Assembly (NCBI GenBank): GCA_965208575.1
Contig: CBDBOV010000001.1
Coordinates: forward strand, 1-64,000
DNA from: Spirochaetia bacterium
Lineage (GTDB): Bacteria > Spirochaetota > Spirochaetia > SZUA-6 > Bin103
DNA length: 64,000 nucleotides
Direction of reading: 5' to 3'
Both the position numbers and the translations under genes were made by a program. Below are positions 54,694 to 64,000 of this stretch, piece after piece. The notes under the pieces are model-generated. The model saw nothing but the letters and a program-made list of their open reading frames with translations, searched no databases and was not told the origin of the DNA. Numbering within the stretch: the stretch's first letter is position 1; each line of letters begins with the position of its first letter.

Positions 54694-56148
54694 GTGCGAC
54701 CCACCAACCTGCTGTTCATCCTGTCCGATCAACACACCCGTTCCGGGCTCGGCTGCTACGGCGGCCCCGGCATCACCCCGCATCTCGACGCGCTCGCGCG
54801 GCGCGGCACCCGCTTCGACGCCGCCTACACCAACTGCCCGATCTGCGTACCCGAGCGCGCCTCGCTGGCCACCGGCCGCTACGTGCACGAGATCGGCTTC
54901 TGGGACAACGGCATCCCCTACGACGGCAGCGTGCCGAGCTGGGGCCACCACCTGCGCGGCGAGGGGTTCACCGTCGACTCGATCGGCAAGCTGCACTTCC
55001 GCAGCAGCGACGACGACAACGGTTTCAGCCGCGAAATCGAGCCGCTGCACGTGGTGGAGGGGCTCGGCGACCTGCTGAGCTGCGTGCGCGACGACCCGCC
55101 GCGCCGCAACGCCCGCCGCGGCGTGCAGGCCGCCGGCCCCGGCGACTCCACCTACCTCACGTACGACGTACGCAACGCCGACAACGCCATCGCCTGGCTG
55201 CGCGCGCAGGCCGGCGCGCCGAAACCGTGGGTGCTGTTCCTGTCCTTCGTGTGCCCCCATCCCCCCTACATCGGGCCGGAGTCGTGGTACCGCCGCTACC
55301 GGGAGATGGCGGGGGACGTGCCGCTGCCGCCGCAGTGGCAGCCCGAGCAGTGGCCGCGCAACCCCGCCATGGCCCACTTTCGCCACTTCTTCCACCAGGA
55401 CGAGCCGTTCACCGAGGAGGAACTGCGCAACCTGAACGCCGCCTACTACGCCGCCTGCAGCCACTTGGACGCGCAGATCGGGCGCGTGCTCGGCGCCCTG
55501 GCCGAGCTCGGGCTGGCGGGCGACACCCGCGTCATCTACAGCTCCGATCACGGCGAGTCGGCCGGCGCGCGCGGCCTCACCGGCAAGTTCACCATGTACG
55601 ACGAGTCGGCCGGGGTGCCGCTGATCGTGGCCGGGCCGGACGTGCCGGCCGGGCGCGCGGTGGCTACTCCCGCGAGCCTGGTGGACTGCTACCCGGCGGT
55701 GGTGTCCGCGGTGGGCGGCACGCCGGCGGGCGGCCTGCCGGGCGCCGACTTGTGGCAACTGGCGGCGGGGCCGGAGCAGGACCGCACCGTGTTCAGCGAG
55801 TACCACGCCATCGGCTCGGCATCCGCCCACTACATGCTGCGCGCCGCGCGCCACAAGTACGTCTACTACGTGGGCGGCCCGCCGCAGCTCTTCGACCTGG
55901 CCGCCGACCCCGGGGAGCGCCACGACCTGGCCGAGTCTCCGGACCGGGAGGCCGCCGCCCTGCTGGCCCGCTTAGAAGCCGAGTTGCGCGACCTGCTCGA
56001 CCCGGAGGCGGTCGACCGCCGGGCCAAGGCGGACCAGGCGGCGCGGGTGGCCGCATACGGCGGCCGCGAAGCGGTGCTGGCCCGCGGCACCTTCGCCAAC
56101 TCGCCCACACCCGACGACAAGCCCACCTGGGCCTACCCCGGCGCCTGA
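54694..56148 (+). CDS. Formylglycine-dependent sulfatase (choline-sulfatase-like)
   Basis: SDQH, CVPER (CxPxR), GKLH, PHPP, SDHG. Confidence 0.9.
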   Translation: MRPTNLLFILSDQHTRSGLGCYGGPGITPHLDALARRGTRFDAAYTNCPICVPERASLATGRYVHEIGFWDNGIPYDGSVPSWGHHLRGEGFTVDSIGKLHFRSSDDDNGFSREIEPLHVVEGLGDLLSCVRDDPPRRNARRGVQAAGPGDSTYLTYDVRNADNAIAWLRAQAGAPKPWVLFLSFVCPHPPYIGPESWYRRYREMAGDVPLPPQWQPEQWPRNPAMAHFRHFFHQDEPFTEEELRNLNAAYYAACSHLDAQIGRVLGALAELGLAGDTRVIYSSDHGESAGARGLTGKFTMYDESAGVPLIVAGPDVPAGRAVATPASLVDCYPAVVSAVGGTPAGGLPGADLWQLAAGPEQDRTVFSEYHAIGSASAHYMLRAARHKYVYYVGGPPQLFDLAADPGERHDLAESPDREAAALLARLEAELRDLLDPEAVDRRAKADQAARVAAYGGREAVLARGTFANSPTPDDKPTWAYPGA

Positions 56149-56161
56149 CGAGCTGCCGGCC

Positions 56162-59029
56162 TCAGCGCCGGCTGTCCGCCGCCTCCGGCGTCAGCACGAT
56201 GCGCACGTAGCGGTCGCGGGAAAGGTAGCGTTGCCCCGCCGCCGCCATCCGTCTCCCCGAGAGATTCTCCAACTGCCTGGTGGAGTCGGGGATGGCCTGG
56301 AATGAGGATCCGTGTTGCACCGCCTCCAGGATCGACTCCGCCCAGAACGGGTTGCCGCGAGCCTGCTCCTCATGATCGGCAAGCAATGTCTCCTTTACTT
56401 GCTCCACGTACCCGAGCGCCTGTCCAGAGTACAATAGCGAAACCAGTTCTTCTATCGTCAGGAACACCTCTTCAAGGAGTTCGTCGGCACGCTCCGGTTC
56501 GTGCTGGTAGATGATGGCCAATTCGTACTCAGGGTCGGGCAACCGTTGAGTGGTCACCGCCGTGACGACCATGTACCCGCCGAGATGGGTGCGAAACCGA
56601 TGACTCAACTCGGCGTTGAGGATCTCCGTAAAGACCGTTAGGGGCAGCAGCTCGATGTCGATGCGCTGCAGCTCACCGGCGAACACCACGGCGGTGACGC
56701 TGCGCTCGCCGGGCACTCCCGGGACTTGGACGTCCACGACGCCAGCGGGGGGATCGATGCCGTGATCACGCCACTGCTCGTCGCGACCGGTTGCAGGCAG
56801 CGCCGCGAGATGTCGGCCGGCCAGAGCCCGGAGCCGGTCCCAATCGAACGCCCCGACGATAACGAAGGTGAAGTCGCCGAAGTCCTGGAACCGATCCGTG
56901 TAGATTGCGCGCACCTGTTCCACGCCGATCTCTTCCACCTGTTGCAACGTTGACGGGCGCTTGCGCGGGTGGCCTTGACTCAGCGCGCTTCGGATGGCCG
57001 TGCCGAGCAGCGCGATCGAGTCTTGGGGCCTGCTCTCGACCTCTTCGCGAAGTGTCGCCACGACGGTGGCGACGACTGCCGGATCCACGCGGCGAGTGCC
57101 GCCATACAGGGTAATCAACTCGAACAGAGTCTCCAGATCGTCTGGCGAGGACACGCCGACGAATCCCTCGAACACCTCGCCGATGTATGGCTCCAGCGAC
57201 ACAACCCTGCCGGCCAGCAACGCTTGCAGTGCGGCTTGATCGTGCGGTCCGGCTCCACTGTCTCGAATTACCTCCGCCGCGACGGTCGCGGCCAACAGGT
57301 CGTCGTCCTCGACCAGTGACCAACCGCCGGGACTGCTTGCGCTTACCACCACCTCGTCACGGTCGAAGTTGGTCTGCTTGGCGATCACGATCACGCCATT
57401 GGACAGCGTCCAGCGTACCGCGCCGATCTCATCGAGCGCGGTCTCGGCAACGATGCGGCCGGGCGGCGGCAGATCCGCGAGCAGCGGGCCGTCGCCGGTT
57501 CCGCTCTCAGGGCGAGCCACGTCCAGCGTTGCCGCTCGCTCCAGCTTGTTCAGCAGCGCCTGCTCCAAGTCAGTGGCCGATGGTCCGAGTTCCGGCCCGC
57601 TGACCAGTACGACCGTGTTCGCGGGGTCGCGCCACGGCTCCACCGCCTCGTTTACGTCCTGCAACGACATCTCCCGCAGGGTCCGCGGCCATTGTTCGAT
57701 CCCGGCAACCCACTCCCCGGTAAGGAAGTGAAGCGCATATGCGTCCGCCAAAAAGCCATTCCGGCGCCGTTCGACTTCCCGAGACGCCCGCTTGGTGGCG
57801 CGCAGGAGTGTGCGTTGCTGATGCTCGAACTCGGCCTCAGTGAATCCGTAACGCAGAACCCGCTGCATCTCTTCCAACAGCGCGTCGACGCCGCGCACAA
57901 CCCCATCTCCGGAAACCCCCGCAACGAGGGAGATCGCCGGAACCCCCGGAACAGGTTCAACTACCTCGGCGTCGGCGTACCGGTATGGCATCGGTTCCAC
58001 TACCCGACGCTTCTCCAGGCGGGAGTTCATCATCTGCGTGAGCATCAGTGTCGCCGCCTGGTGCCGGATTGCAGTGCCACCCTGGAGTTGCTTCGTCGCC
58101 CGGTTGGTGATGACCGATACCGTGGTTCCGCGCAACCGGGCGTCCGTGTGCACGCGGACTCGCGGCCCGGACACCCATTTCGCGGATGGGCGTCGGAAAG
58201 GCGTTACCTGGTCAGGCGAACCTGCTGCCTGCGGATATGAGGATTGGGCCTCGGGCGGTGTCGTGAAGTGTTGCCGGATCTGCTCGACGGTCGCCGCGGA
58301 ATCAACGTCCCCCACCACGATGACCGCCATCCGATGCGGCCGGTACCAGCGCCGGAAGAAGTCGCGCAGGGTCTCCGGCGTGGCAGACTCGATCACCTCC
58401 AGGAGTCCGAGCGGATTGAACAGGGAAACATCGGAACCGCCAACCAGAAAAGCCTGCAGATGGTCGCCGCGTAGCCGCTCCGCGTTCTGCTTGAGGTGCC
58501 ACTCTGACAACACCACGGCGCGCTCCAGGTGGACCGCGCCGGGATCGAAATTGACAGCGTAGGCCCACTCGCTGAGGATCGCGACGGCGTTTCGGGCAGC
58601 CTCCGTCTGCCCGGTCGGGACTTCGATCGTGAAGGTGGTTTCGCCGAGCGCGGTAATGCCGACGGCAACACCCCCCATCGACGCCAGCAGCTCGTCGGCA
58701 TGATCATCGGGAAAGCCGGTGGTTCCGCGGAACGCCATGTGCTCGACGAAGTGGGCCAGACCGCGCTCGTGTTCCCGTTCCAGCATCGAACCGACCCCCA
58801 CCACCAGTCGCAGGTGGGCGCGCTCCGGCGGGTCGTCGCTGTGCCGTACGTAGTAGGTGAGACCGTTGCCGAGCCTGCCGTGCAGAACCGCGGAATCGAG
58901 CGGCTGGCCGTCCTCGGGAGACTGCGCACCGGCGCCGCGTGCCGACACGGCGAGCGTCGCCAGAGCTGCGAACAGCAGCGCTGCGATGATGCACTTCGCT
59001 GGCTGAACGAACGTTCTGATTGGCGTCAC
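56162..59029 (-). CDS. M16 zinc peptidase (PqqL-like)
   Basis: Signal peptide; L.NGLTYYV, GLAHFVEHMAF (HxxEH), WYRP, LSNG. Confidence 0.88.
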   Translation of the reverse strand: MTPIRTFVQPAKCIIAALLFAALATLAVSARGAGAQSPEDGQPLDSAVLHGRLGNGLTYYVRHSDDPPERAHLRLVVGVGSMLEREHERGLAHFVEHMAFRGTTGFPDDHADELLASMGGVAVGITALGETTFTIEVPTGQTEAARNAVAILSEWAYAVNFDPGAVHLERAVVLSEWHLKQNAERLRGDHLQAFLVGGSDVSLFNPLGLLEVIESATPETLRDFFRRWYRPHRMAVIVVGDVDSAATVEQIRQHFTTPPEAQSSYPQAAGSPDQVTPFRRPSAKWVSGPRVRVHTDARLRGTTVSVITNRATKQLQGGTAIRHQAATLMLTQMMNSRLEKRRVVEPMPYRYADAEVVEPVPGVPAISLVAGVSGDGVVRGVDALLEEMQRVLRYGFTEAEFEHQQRTLLRATKRASREVERRRNGFLADAYALHFLTGEWVAGIEQWPRTLREMSLQDVNEAVEPWRDPANTVVLVSGPELGPSATDLEQALLNKLERAATLDVARPESGTGDGPLLADLPPPGRIVAETALDEIGAVRWTLSNGVIVIAKQTNFDRDEVVVSASSPGGWSLVEDDDLLAATVAAEVIRDSGAGPHDQAALQALLAGRVVSLEPYIGEVFEGFVGVSSPDDLETLFELITLYGGTRRVDPAVVATVVATLREEVESRPQDSIALLGTAIRSALSQGHPRKRPSTLQQVEEIGVEQVRAIYTDRFQDFGDFTFVIVGAFDWDRLRALAGRHLAALPATGRDEQWRDHGIDPPAGVVDVQVPGVPGERSVTAVVFAGELQRIDIELLPLTVFTEILNAELSHRFRTHLGGYMVVTAVTTQRLPDPEYELAIIYQHEPERADELLEEVFLTIEELVSLLYSGQALGYVEQVKETLLADHEEQARGNPFWAESILEAVQHGSSFQAIPDSTRQLENLSGRRMAAAGQRYLSRDRYVRIVLTPEAADSRR

Positions 59030-59088
59030 GGACCGGATCGTAGCGCATCCAGTACGCCGGCGGAAGCCGTGACAAGAACTGGCCAGAG

Positions 59089-59143
59089 CTGGCCGGCGCC
59101 GGATGGTGCTCAGGCGGTGCGCGACCACCGGACGTGGTGCGGC
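59089..59143 (-). repeat. Remnant copy of the ABC exporter H-loop region (60421-60476)
   Basis: Shared CGGATGGTGCTCAGGCGGTGCGCGA core, encoding AHRLSTIR. Confidence 0.8.
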
Positions 59144-59170
59144 GCGGCGGTCGGTGTGCGTTGGAGCGTG

Positions 59171-60190
59171 TTACGGGAGCACCGGGCTGATCGCTTCCTC
59201 TGGTGGGAAGTTGCGTCCCGCCGCCCGCACGTAGACCTGGAACGGCTTGCCTGCCGCGACGCGCAGGTTGGCTGCCTCGTAGGAGATGCTCTGCTCCGGC
59301 CCCAGGCGGAACCGGCCGCTCTCGGCCTGGTCCCAAGCCGATTCCGTGCCGGGCCGGCGCAGCGCAACGTACACGGTAGCGCCGTGCGCGGTCTCCGAGC
59401 CCAGGTTGCGCACCGACGCCGTCACGTCGACCACTACCGCGTCGGTGAGCTGCCGGGACTGCGCAGTGAACTGCACCCACAGTACCGGGCGCTCGACGAT
59501 CGGCAGCACCGTTGCCCGGGCACCTTGAATGCTCGGCGGCACCCCTCCGACGCCCCAGTCGTCCACGGTGGTCTCCAGGTAGCAGTAGCGCGTCCCCCGG
59601 TGCGAATAGTAGCGCTGACCGGGAGCGGGGCGGCATGCAAAGCCCACGGCCACGTGCCCCGGTTCCGGGAACTGCAGCAGCGCCACCTCGTAGCGCAGTT
59701 CGTGGAGCATCGCGGAAACGAGTATCGAAGTGTCTTCGCAGTCGCCGCCGCCGTCGTAGAGCGTCTCGTACGGGAATCGCGGGTATTCGTCGTACCCGGT
59801 GGTGAGGTCGTCGGCCGTGTAGGGGAGATTCTGCACGAAGGAGACGATGAAGTACGGGATCTCGGAGTCCGGCAGCCCGGACGCCGCGCCGTAGCGAGCG
59901 AGCTTTCCGGTGATGTTCCGGATGAACCGCTTGCTGAAGTGATCCGAGGCGAACAGGTCGTAGTCGCGCCGCCGCTCCCGTTGCCGGAACCTCTCGTAAG
60001 TACCGGCATGCAGATCGAGTGCCACGCTGTAGGTGCGCCCGCCATACTGCCAGACGAATTCCCGGTCCCCGGCGCGAGGATCGTCGATGCCGCGGGTGGT
60101 GCCGCAACCGGGCAGAACGATCGCCACTATCGCCAGTACGAAGGCGAGGCGTGTCCGGGCAACCAGCCTGGAAGCGCGCATGGTTTTCAT
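59171..60190 (-). CDS. Lipoprotein with transglutaminase-like Cys protease domain
   Basis: LPGC lipobox; FVQ.LPY..D, P.ETL..GGDCED, HVAVG, YLETT. Confidence 0.75.
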   Translation of the reverse strand: MKTMRASRLVARTRLAFVLAIVAIVLPGCGTTRGIDDPRAGDREFVWQYGGRTYSVALDLHAGTYERFRQRERRRDYDLFASDHFSKRFIRNITGKLARYGAASGLPDSEIPYFIVSFVQNLPYTADDLTTGYDEYPRFPYETLYDGGGDCEDTSILVSAMLHELRYEVALLQFPEPGHVAVGFACRPAPGQRYYSHRGTRYCYLETTVDDWGVGGVPPSIQGARATVLPIVERPVLWVQFTAQSRQLTDAVVVDVTASVRNLGSETAHGATVYVALRRPGTESAWDQAESGRFRLGPEQSISYEAANLRVAAGKPFQVYVRAAGRNFPPEEAISPVLP

Positions 60191-60206
60191 TGTCGGCAAC
60201 AAGGTC

Positions 60207-60254
60207 GCCGCTCTGCCGTCCTGCCGCCCTGCCGTCCTGCCGTCCTGCCGTCCC
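60207..60254. repeat. 8-bp simple sequence repeat (GCCGTCCT, ~6 units)
   Basis: GCCGCTCT GCCGTCCT GCCGCCCT GCCGTCCT GCCGTCCT GCCGTCCC. Confidence 0.85.
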
Positions 60255-60312
60255 GCGGCTCGCGGGAGCTGCGCCGGGTCCCGCGGCTACGGGCCGCCGC
60301 CCGCCGGGCGCT

Positions 60313-62100
60313 TCAGATACGGGCCTGGTATTCGTACAGGCGCCGGTAGCGGCCGGCGGCGGCGATCAACTCGTCGTGGCGGCCGCGCTCGACGATGCGG
60401 CCGCCCTCCACCACCAGGATCTGGTCGGCGCGGCGGATGGTGCTCAGGCGGTGCGCGATCACCAGCGTGGTGCGGCCCTTCATGAGCTGTGCCAGGCTCT
60501 CCTGGATGAACGCCTCGCTCTCGTTGTCCAGGTTGGAGGTGGCCTCGTCCAGGATCAGCACGCGCGGGTCGGCGAGGATGGCGCGCGCGAGGGCGACGCG
60601 CTGGCGCTGGCCGCCGGACAGCTTCACGCCGCGCTCGCCAATGGTCGTGTCGAGTCCCAACTCCAGGCGCGACGAGAACTCGATCACGTGCGCCGCCCGC
60701 ACCGCGCGCATCAGCTCCTCTTCGGCGGCGTCGGGGCGGGCGAACAGGATGTTCTCGCGGATGGTGCCGGCGAACAGGAACTCGTCCTGCAGCACCACGC
60801 CGAGGTGGCGTCGGAAGCTGTCCAGCCGCACCGCGGCCAGGTCGTGGCCGTCGATGCTCACGATGCCGGCGTCCGGCGCCAGGAACGACGCCGCCAGCCC
60901 GGCAATGGTGGTCTTGCCCGACCCGGAGCTGCCCACCAGCGCGGTCATGGTGTCGGCCGGCGCCTCCAGGCACACGTCGTGCAGCACCTGCTCGCCCTCC
61001 TGGTAGGCAAACGACACGTGGTCGAAGCGGATGTGGCCGTCGATCCGCTCCAGCGTGACGGTGCGCTCCGGCTCGTTGCCCTCCGGCTGCCTGGCCATCA
61101 CCTCCTCGATGCGGTCGAGCCCGGCGAACGCCTCGGTGATCTCGGTGCCGATGCGGCTCATCTGCACGATCGGGGTGATCATGAAGCCGAGGTACAGGCT
61201 GAACGACACGAAGTCGCCCACCGTCATCGCATCGCGCAGGATCAGCGACCCGCCCACTCCCATGATCAGCACCGCGCTCAGTCCCATGATCACGGTGCCG
61301 CCGCTGGTCACCAGGCTGGTGGCGGTGAGCGAACGGCGCACGTTGGCGAAGATGCGCTCCACGCCGGCGCCGAACACGCGCTCCTCGTGCGGCTCGGCGT
61401 GGAATCCCTTGACCACCCGGATCCCGGCCAGCGCCTCGGTGAGGCGGCCGGTGACCTCGGCGTTGATGGCGCCGCGCTGGCGGAAGATCGGCCGGATCAA
61501 GGCGAACGCGCGTCCCGAGACGGCGCCGAACACGGCCAGCGGCAGGAAGGTGTACAGCGTCATCGGCACGCTGATGCGCAGCAGCAGGACCAGCACCACC
61601 ACCGTGGTAAGGGCGCCGCCCACCAGGTGCACCAGGCCGGTGCCGACCAGGTTGCGCACCCCCTCGGCGTCGGTCATCACGCGCGACACCAGGGCGCCGG
61701 TCTGGTTGTTGTCGAAGAACGCCACCGGCAGGCGCAGCAGGTGGCGCTGCACGCGGGCGCGCAACGTCGAGATCAGGTGCTGCGCCTGCACGCTCAGCAG
61801 GCGGGTGAGCAGGAACGAGCTGGCGCCCTGCACCAGCACCGCCGCGCACACCGCCAGCAGCAGCGGGCCGAGCAGGGCGGTGTCGCGGCCGCCGATCACG
61901 TCGTCGATCAGGTACTTCGACGCCCCCGGCAGCACCAGTCCGGTCAGCCGGTTCACCACGATCAGCGCCAGCCCGAGCAGCAGCAGCCAGCGCCGCGGCC
62001 AGATGATCTCCGTCACCACGCGGCGCAGGCTGGCCGCCGGCACCGTCCTGGCGCTCCTGTTCGGCCCGTCGAGGGTGGTTGCCGCGCTCCGGTTGCTCAT
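60313..62100 (-). CDS. ABC exporter, fused permease/ATPase (MsbA-like)
   Basis: TM domain; GSSGSGKT, LSGGQRQR, LDEATS, IAHRLST. Confidence 0.94.
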   Translation of the reverse strand: MSNRSAATTLDGPNRSARTVPAASLRRVVTEIIWPRRWLLLLGLALIVVNRLTGLVLPGASKYLIDDVIGGRDTALLGPLLLAVCAAVLVQGASSFLLTRLLSVQAQHLISTLRARVQRHLLRLPVAFFDNNQTGALVSRVMTDAEGVRNLVGTGLVHLVGGALTTVVVLVLLLRISVPMTLYTFLPLAVFGAVSGRAFALIRPIFRQRGAINAEVTGRLTEALAGIRVVKGFHAEPHEERVFGAGVERIFANVRRSLTATSLVTSGGTVIMGLSAVLIMGVGGSLILRDAMTVGDFVSFSLYLGFMITPIVQMSRIGTEITEAFAGLDRIEEVMARQPEGNEPERTVTLERIDGHIRFDHVSFAYQEGEQVLHDVCLEAPADTMTALVGSSGSGKTTIAGLAASFLAPDAGIVSIDGHDLAAVRLDSFRRHLGVVLQDEFLFAGTIRENILFARPDAAEEELMRAVRAAHVIEFSSRLELGLDTTIGERGVKLSGGQRQRVALARAILADPRVLILDEATSNLDNESEAFIQESLAQLMKGRTTLVIAHRLSTIRRADQILVVEGGRIVERGRHDELIAAAGRYRRLYEYQARI

Positions 62101-62282
62101 GATCGACCCGCGTTAAGGTACTTCAAACGCCGCGCCGGGGCAGCGCGGATCATCGCACCTCGCGCCGCGCCTTCGCCGGGGCGGCGGCCGTGACGGCCGG
62201 GAGTTGGCGTCCCGGACCGGGGTAGACTGGGTAGACCGGCACGGGTTGCCAGGCGCCGCGCCGCGCCGTAGGCTGCGCTGCG

Positions 62283-63131
62283 ATGCAGTTCGTGATGTTT
62301 ACCAAGCACCTGCAGGGGCTGTCCCTGGACGAGGTGATTGCGGCGCTTGCCGAGGTCGGCGTGCAGGGCGCGGACCTGGCGGTGCGGCCCGGCTATTCGG
62401 TCAACCCGGAAAACATGGCCGCCGAGCTGCCGGCGGCGGCGCGCCGCTTCGCCGACGCCGGGATGGCGATCCCGCTGGTCACCGCGCCCACGAGCCTTAC
62501 CTCGCCCGACAGTCCGCGCGCCGAGGCGTTCTACGAGGCGTGCGGGGCGGCCGGGGTGGGCCACCTCAAGCTCGGCTACTGGGCCTGGGACCCGGAGCGG
62601 CGCTTCTGGGACCAGGTCGCCGAGATCCGCGACTGGCTGGCGGTGTTCGCCGACTGGTCGCGGCAGTACGGCGTCAAGACCGTGGTGCACAACCACTCCG
62701 GCCACTCGCTGGGCATGAACTCCTCGCAGATGATGCACATCGTGCAGGACTTCGACGCCGCCTGCGTGGGCGTGTTCGCCGATCCCGGCCACCTCGCGGT
62801 GTGCGGCGAGCCGATCGCCATGGCGCTGGAGATGGTGCGCGAATACCTGGCGTGCGTGGCGTGCAAGGACCTGCTGCGCGTCGCGGTGCCGGACCGGCGC
62901 GGCTGGTGGGGGCGCGGCGAGCCGAACCGCACCTTCACCGTGCCGCTCGGGCGCGGCTTCGCCGACTACGGCGCCGCATTGGCAACGCTGCGCCGGATCG
63001 GCTTCACCGGCGTTATGAGCGTGCACAGCGAGTACGACGAGCCGGTGGAAGACGTGATCGCAATGAGCAAGATGGACCTGCGCTACCTGAAGGCGGTGCT
63101 CGAATCGGCCGCGGACGACGCAGCCGGCTAG
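62283..63131 (+). CDS. Sugar phosphate isomerase/epimerase (AP endonuclease 2 TIM barrel)
   Basis: HNHSG, DPGH, KD, G.G..D, SVHSEY. Confidence 0.8.
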   Translation: MQFVMFTKHLQGLSLDEVIAALAEVGVQGADLAVRPGYSVNPENMAAELPAAARRFADAGMAIPLVTAPTSLTSPDSPRAEAFYEACGAAGVGHLKLGYWAWDPERRFWDQVAEIRDWLAVFADWSRQYGVKTVVHNHSGHSLGMNSSQMMHIVQDFDAACVGVFADPGHLAVCGEPIAMALEMVREYLACVACKDLLRVAVPDRRGWWGRGEPNRTFTVPLGRGFADYGAALATLRRIGFTGVMSVHSEYDEPVEDVIAMSKMDLRYLKAVLESAADDAAG

Positions 63132-63351
63132 GGTGTGCCGTATCCTGAGGCGGGCGGCGCCTCGCCCGCGATCTCGCCGGCATCCCGGCATCCCGGCATC
63201 GCTGTGCCCGCCGCGATCGCGGTACGATCTACCGGCGCTGTGTCCGGCGCGCCGTGCAGGTCGACGTGCGCATCTGGCCTGCGGGCGGCGCCAGCGGCGC
63301 CGACACCACGGCCGGGTGGATGAAAACCGTTTTTGAGGAGAGGATCCTGTT

Positions 63352-64000
63352 GTGAATCGAAGTGATCGAGCGCCCGCGGCGCAGCCCGCCGTGCGCGCGG
63401 CCGTGACCGTGAGCCTGGTACCGGAAGTACGCGGCGGGCCGTTCATCTTCTGGGATGGCATCCCCGCCGCCTGCGCGGCAGCCGCCCGCATCGGCTTTCA
63501 CGGCCTGGAGGTGTTTCCGCACACCGCGGCCGGCGTGCCTGTGCGCGAGTTGCGCACCGCGCTGGATGACCACGGGCTGGTGCTGGCGGCGGTCGGCACC
63601 GGCGCGGGCGGGGTCGTGCACGGCCTGTCGCTCGCCGACCCCGACGGCGCCGGGCGGCAGCGTGCCGTCGACTACGTGCGCGCGGTCATCGACCTGGCGG
63701 CGCCGTTCGGCGCGCCGGCCATCGTCGGCTCGGTGCAGGGCCGCTCGGCGCCCGGCGAAGCGCGCGAGGAGGCGCTGCGGCGCCTGGTCGACAGCATGGC
63801 GCAGCTCGGCGAGGTGGCTGCCGCGGTCGGCGGGCGCATCGTCGTGGAGCCGCTCAACCGCTATGAGACCGACCTGTGCAACACGCTCGCCCACGGCGGC
63901 GAGGTGATCGAGCGCACCGGCAGCGACCGCATCGGCCTGCTCGCCGACCTGTTCCACATGAACATCGAGGAGACCGACGTCGCCGCCTCCCTCGTGGCCG
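63352..64000 (+). CDS. Sugar phosphate isomerase/epimerase, truncated by the window end (absent from the ORF track)
   Basis: GAGGAG RBS then GTG; reads ...GGPFIFWDG...GFHGLE...VEPLNRYET...ADLFHMNIEE. Confidence 0.85.
   Translation, partial: MNRSDRAPAAQPAVRAAVTVSLVPEVRGGPFIFWDGIPAACAAAARIGFHGLEVFPHTAAGVPVRELRTALDDHGLVLAAVGTGAGGVVHGLSLADPDGAGRQRAVDYVRAVIDLAAPFGAPAIVGSVQGRSAPGEAREEALRRLVDSMAQLGEVAAAVGGRIVVEPLNRYETDLCNTLAHGGEVIERTGSDRIGLLADLFHMNIEETDVAASLVA

Noticed and set aside
59030-59128. ORF-track N-terminus MVAHRLSTIRR on the M16 peptidase as an ABC-peptidase fusion
   Set aside because: It is the duplicated ABC remnant upstream of the real signal peptide.

Overview
High-GC bacterial chromosomal window, gene-dense and mosaic. 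The expanded oligopeptide-type ABC systems, LRR/FG-GAP/Ig-domain surface proteins, vanadium haloperoxidase and many TA/AAA genes resemble marine host-associated MAGs, but that assignment is inference only. It holds three Opp/Dpp-type ABC loci, acs, cobamide genes (cbiB and a CobD-like decarboxylase), a nitrite/sulfite reductase, a PptH-like hydrolase paired with a PPTase, DUF4914, a MocR regulator with a PNPOx-like partner, a sulfatase, an M16 peptidase and an ABC exporter. TA modules and gene remnants are interspersed. No rRNA, tRNA, CRISPR array, integrase or transposase was seen. Main observations: (1) a ~85-89 bp structured dispersed repeat in four copies, one inserted in frame inside the haloperoxidase gene; (2) a lower-GC, translationally coupled pair of a toxin-like gene and an XRE-HTH/ImmA-IrrE peptidase (RosmerTA-like); (3) a 57-bp near-perfect inverted repeat bracketing two permease genes, next to a perfect CTAG-bounded palindrome; (4) several short direct-repeat copies of nearby gene segments bracketing accessory blocks. 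All family calls come from motif recognition, not database searches.
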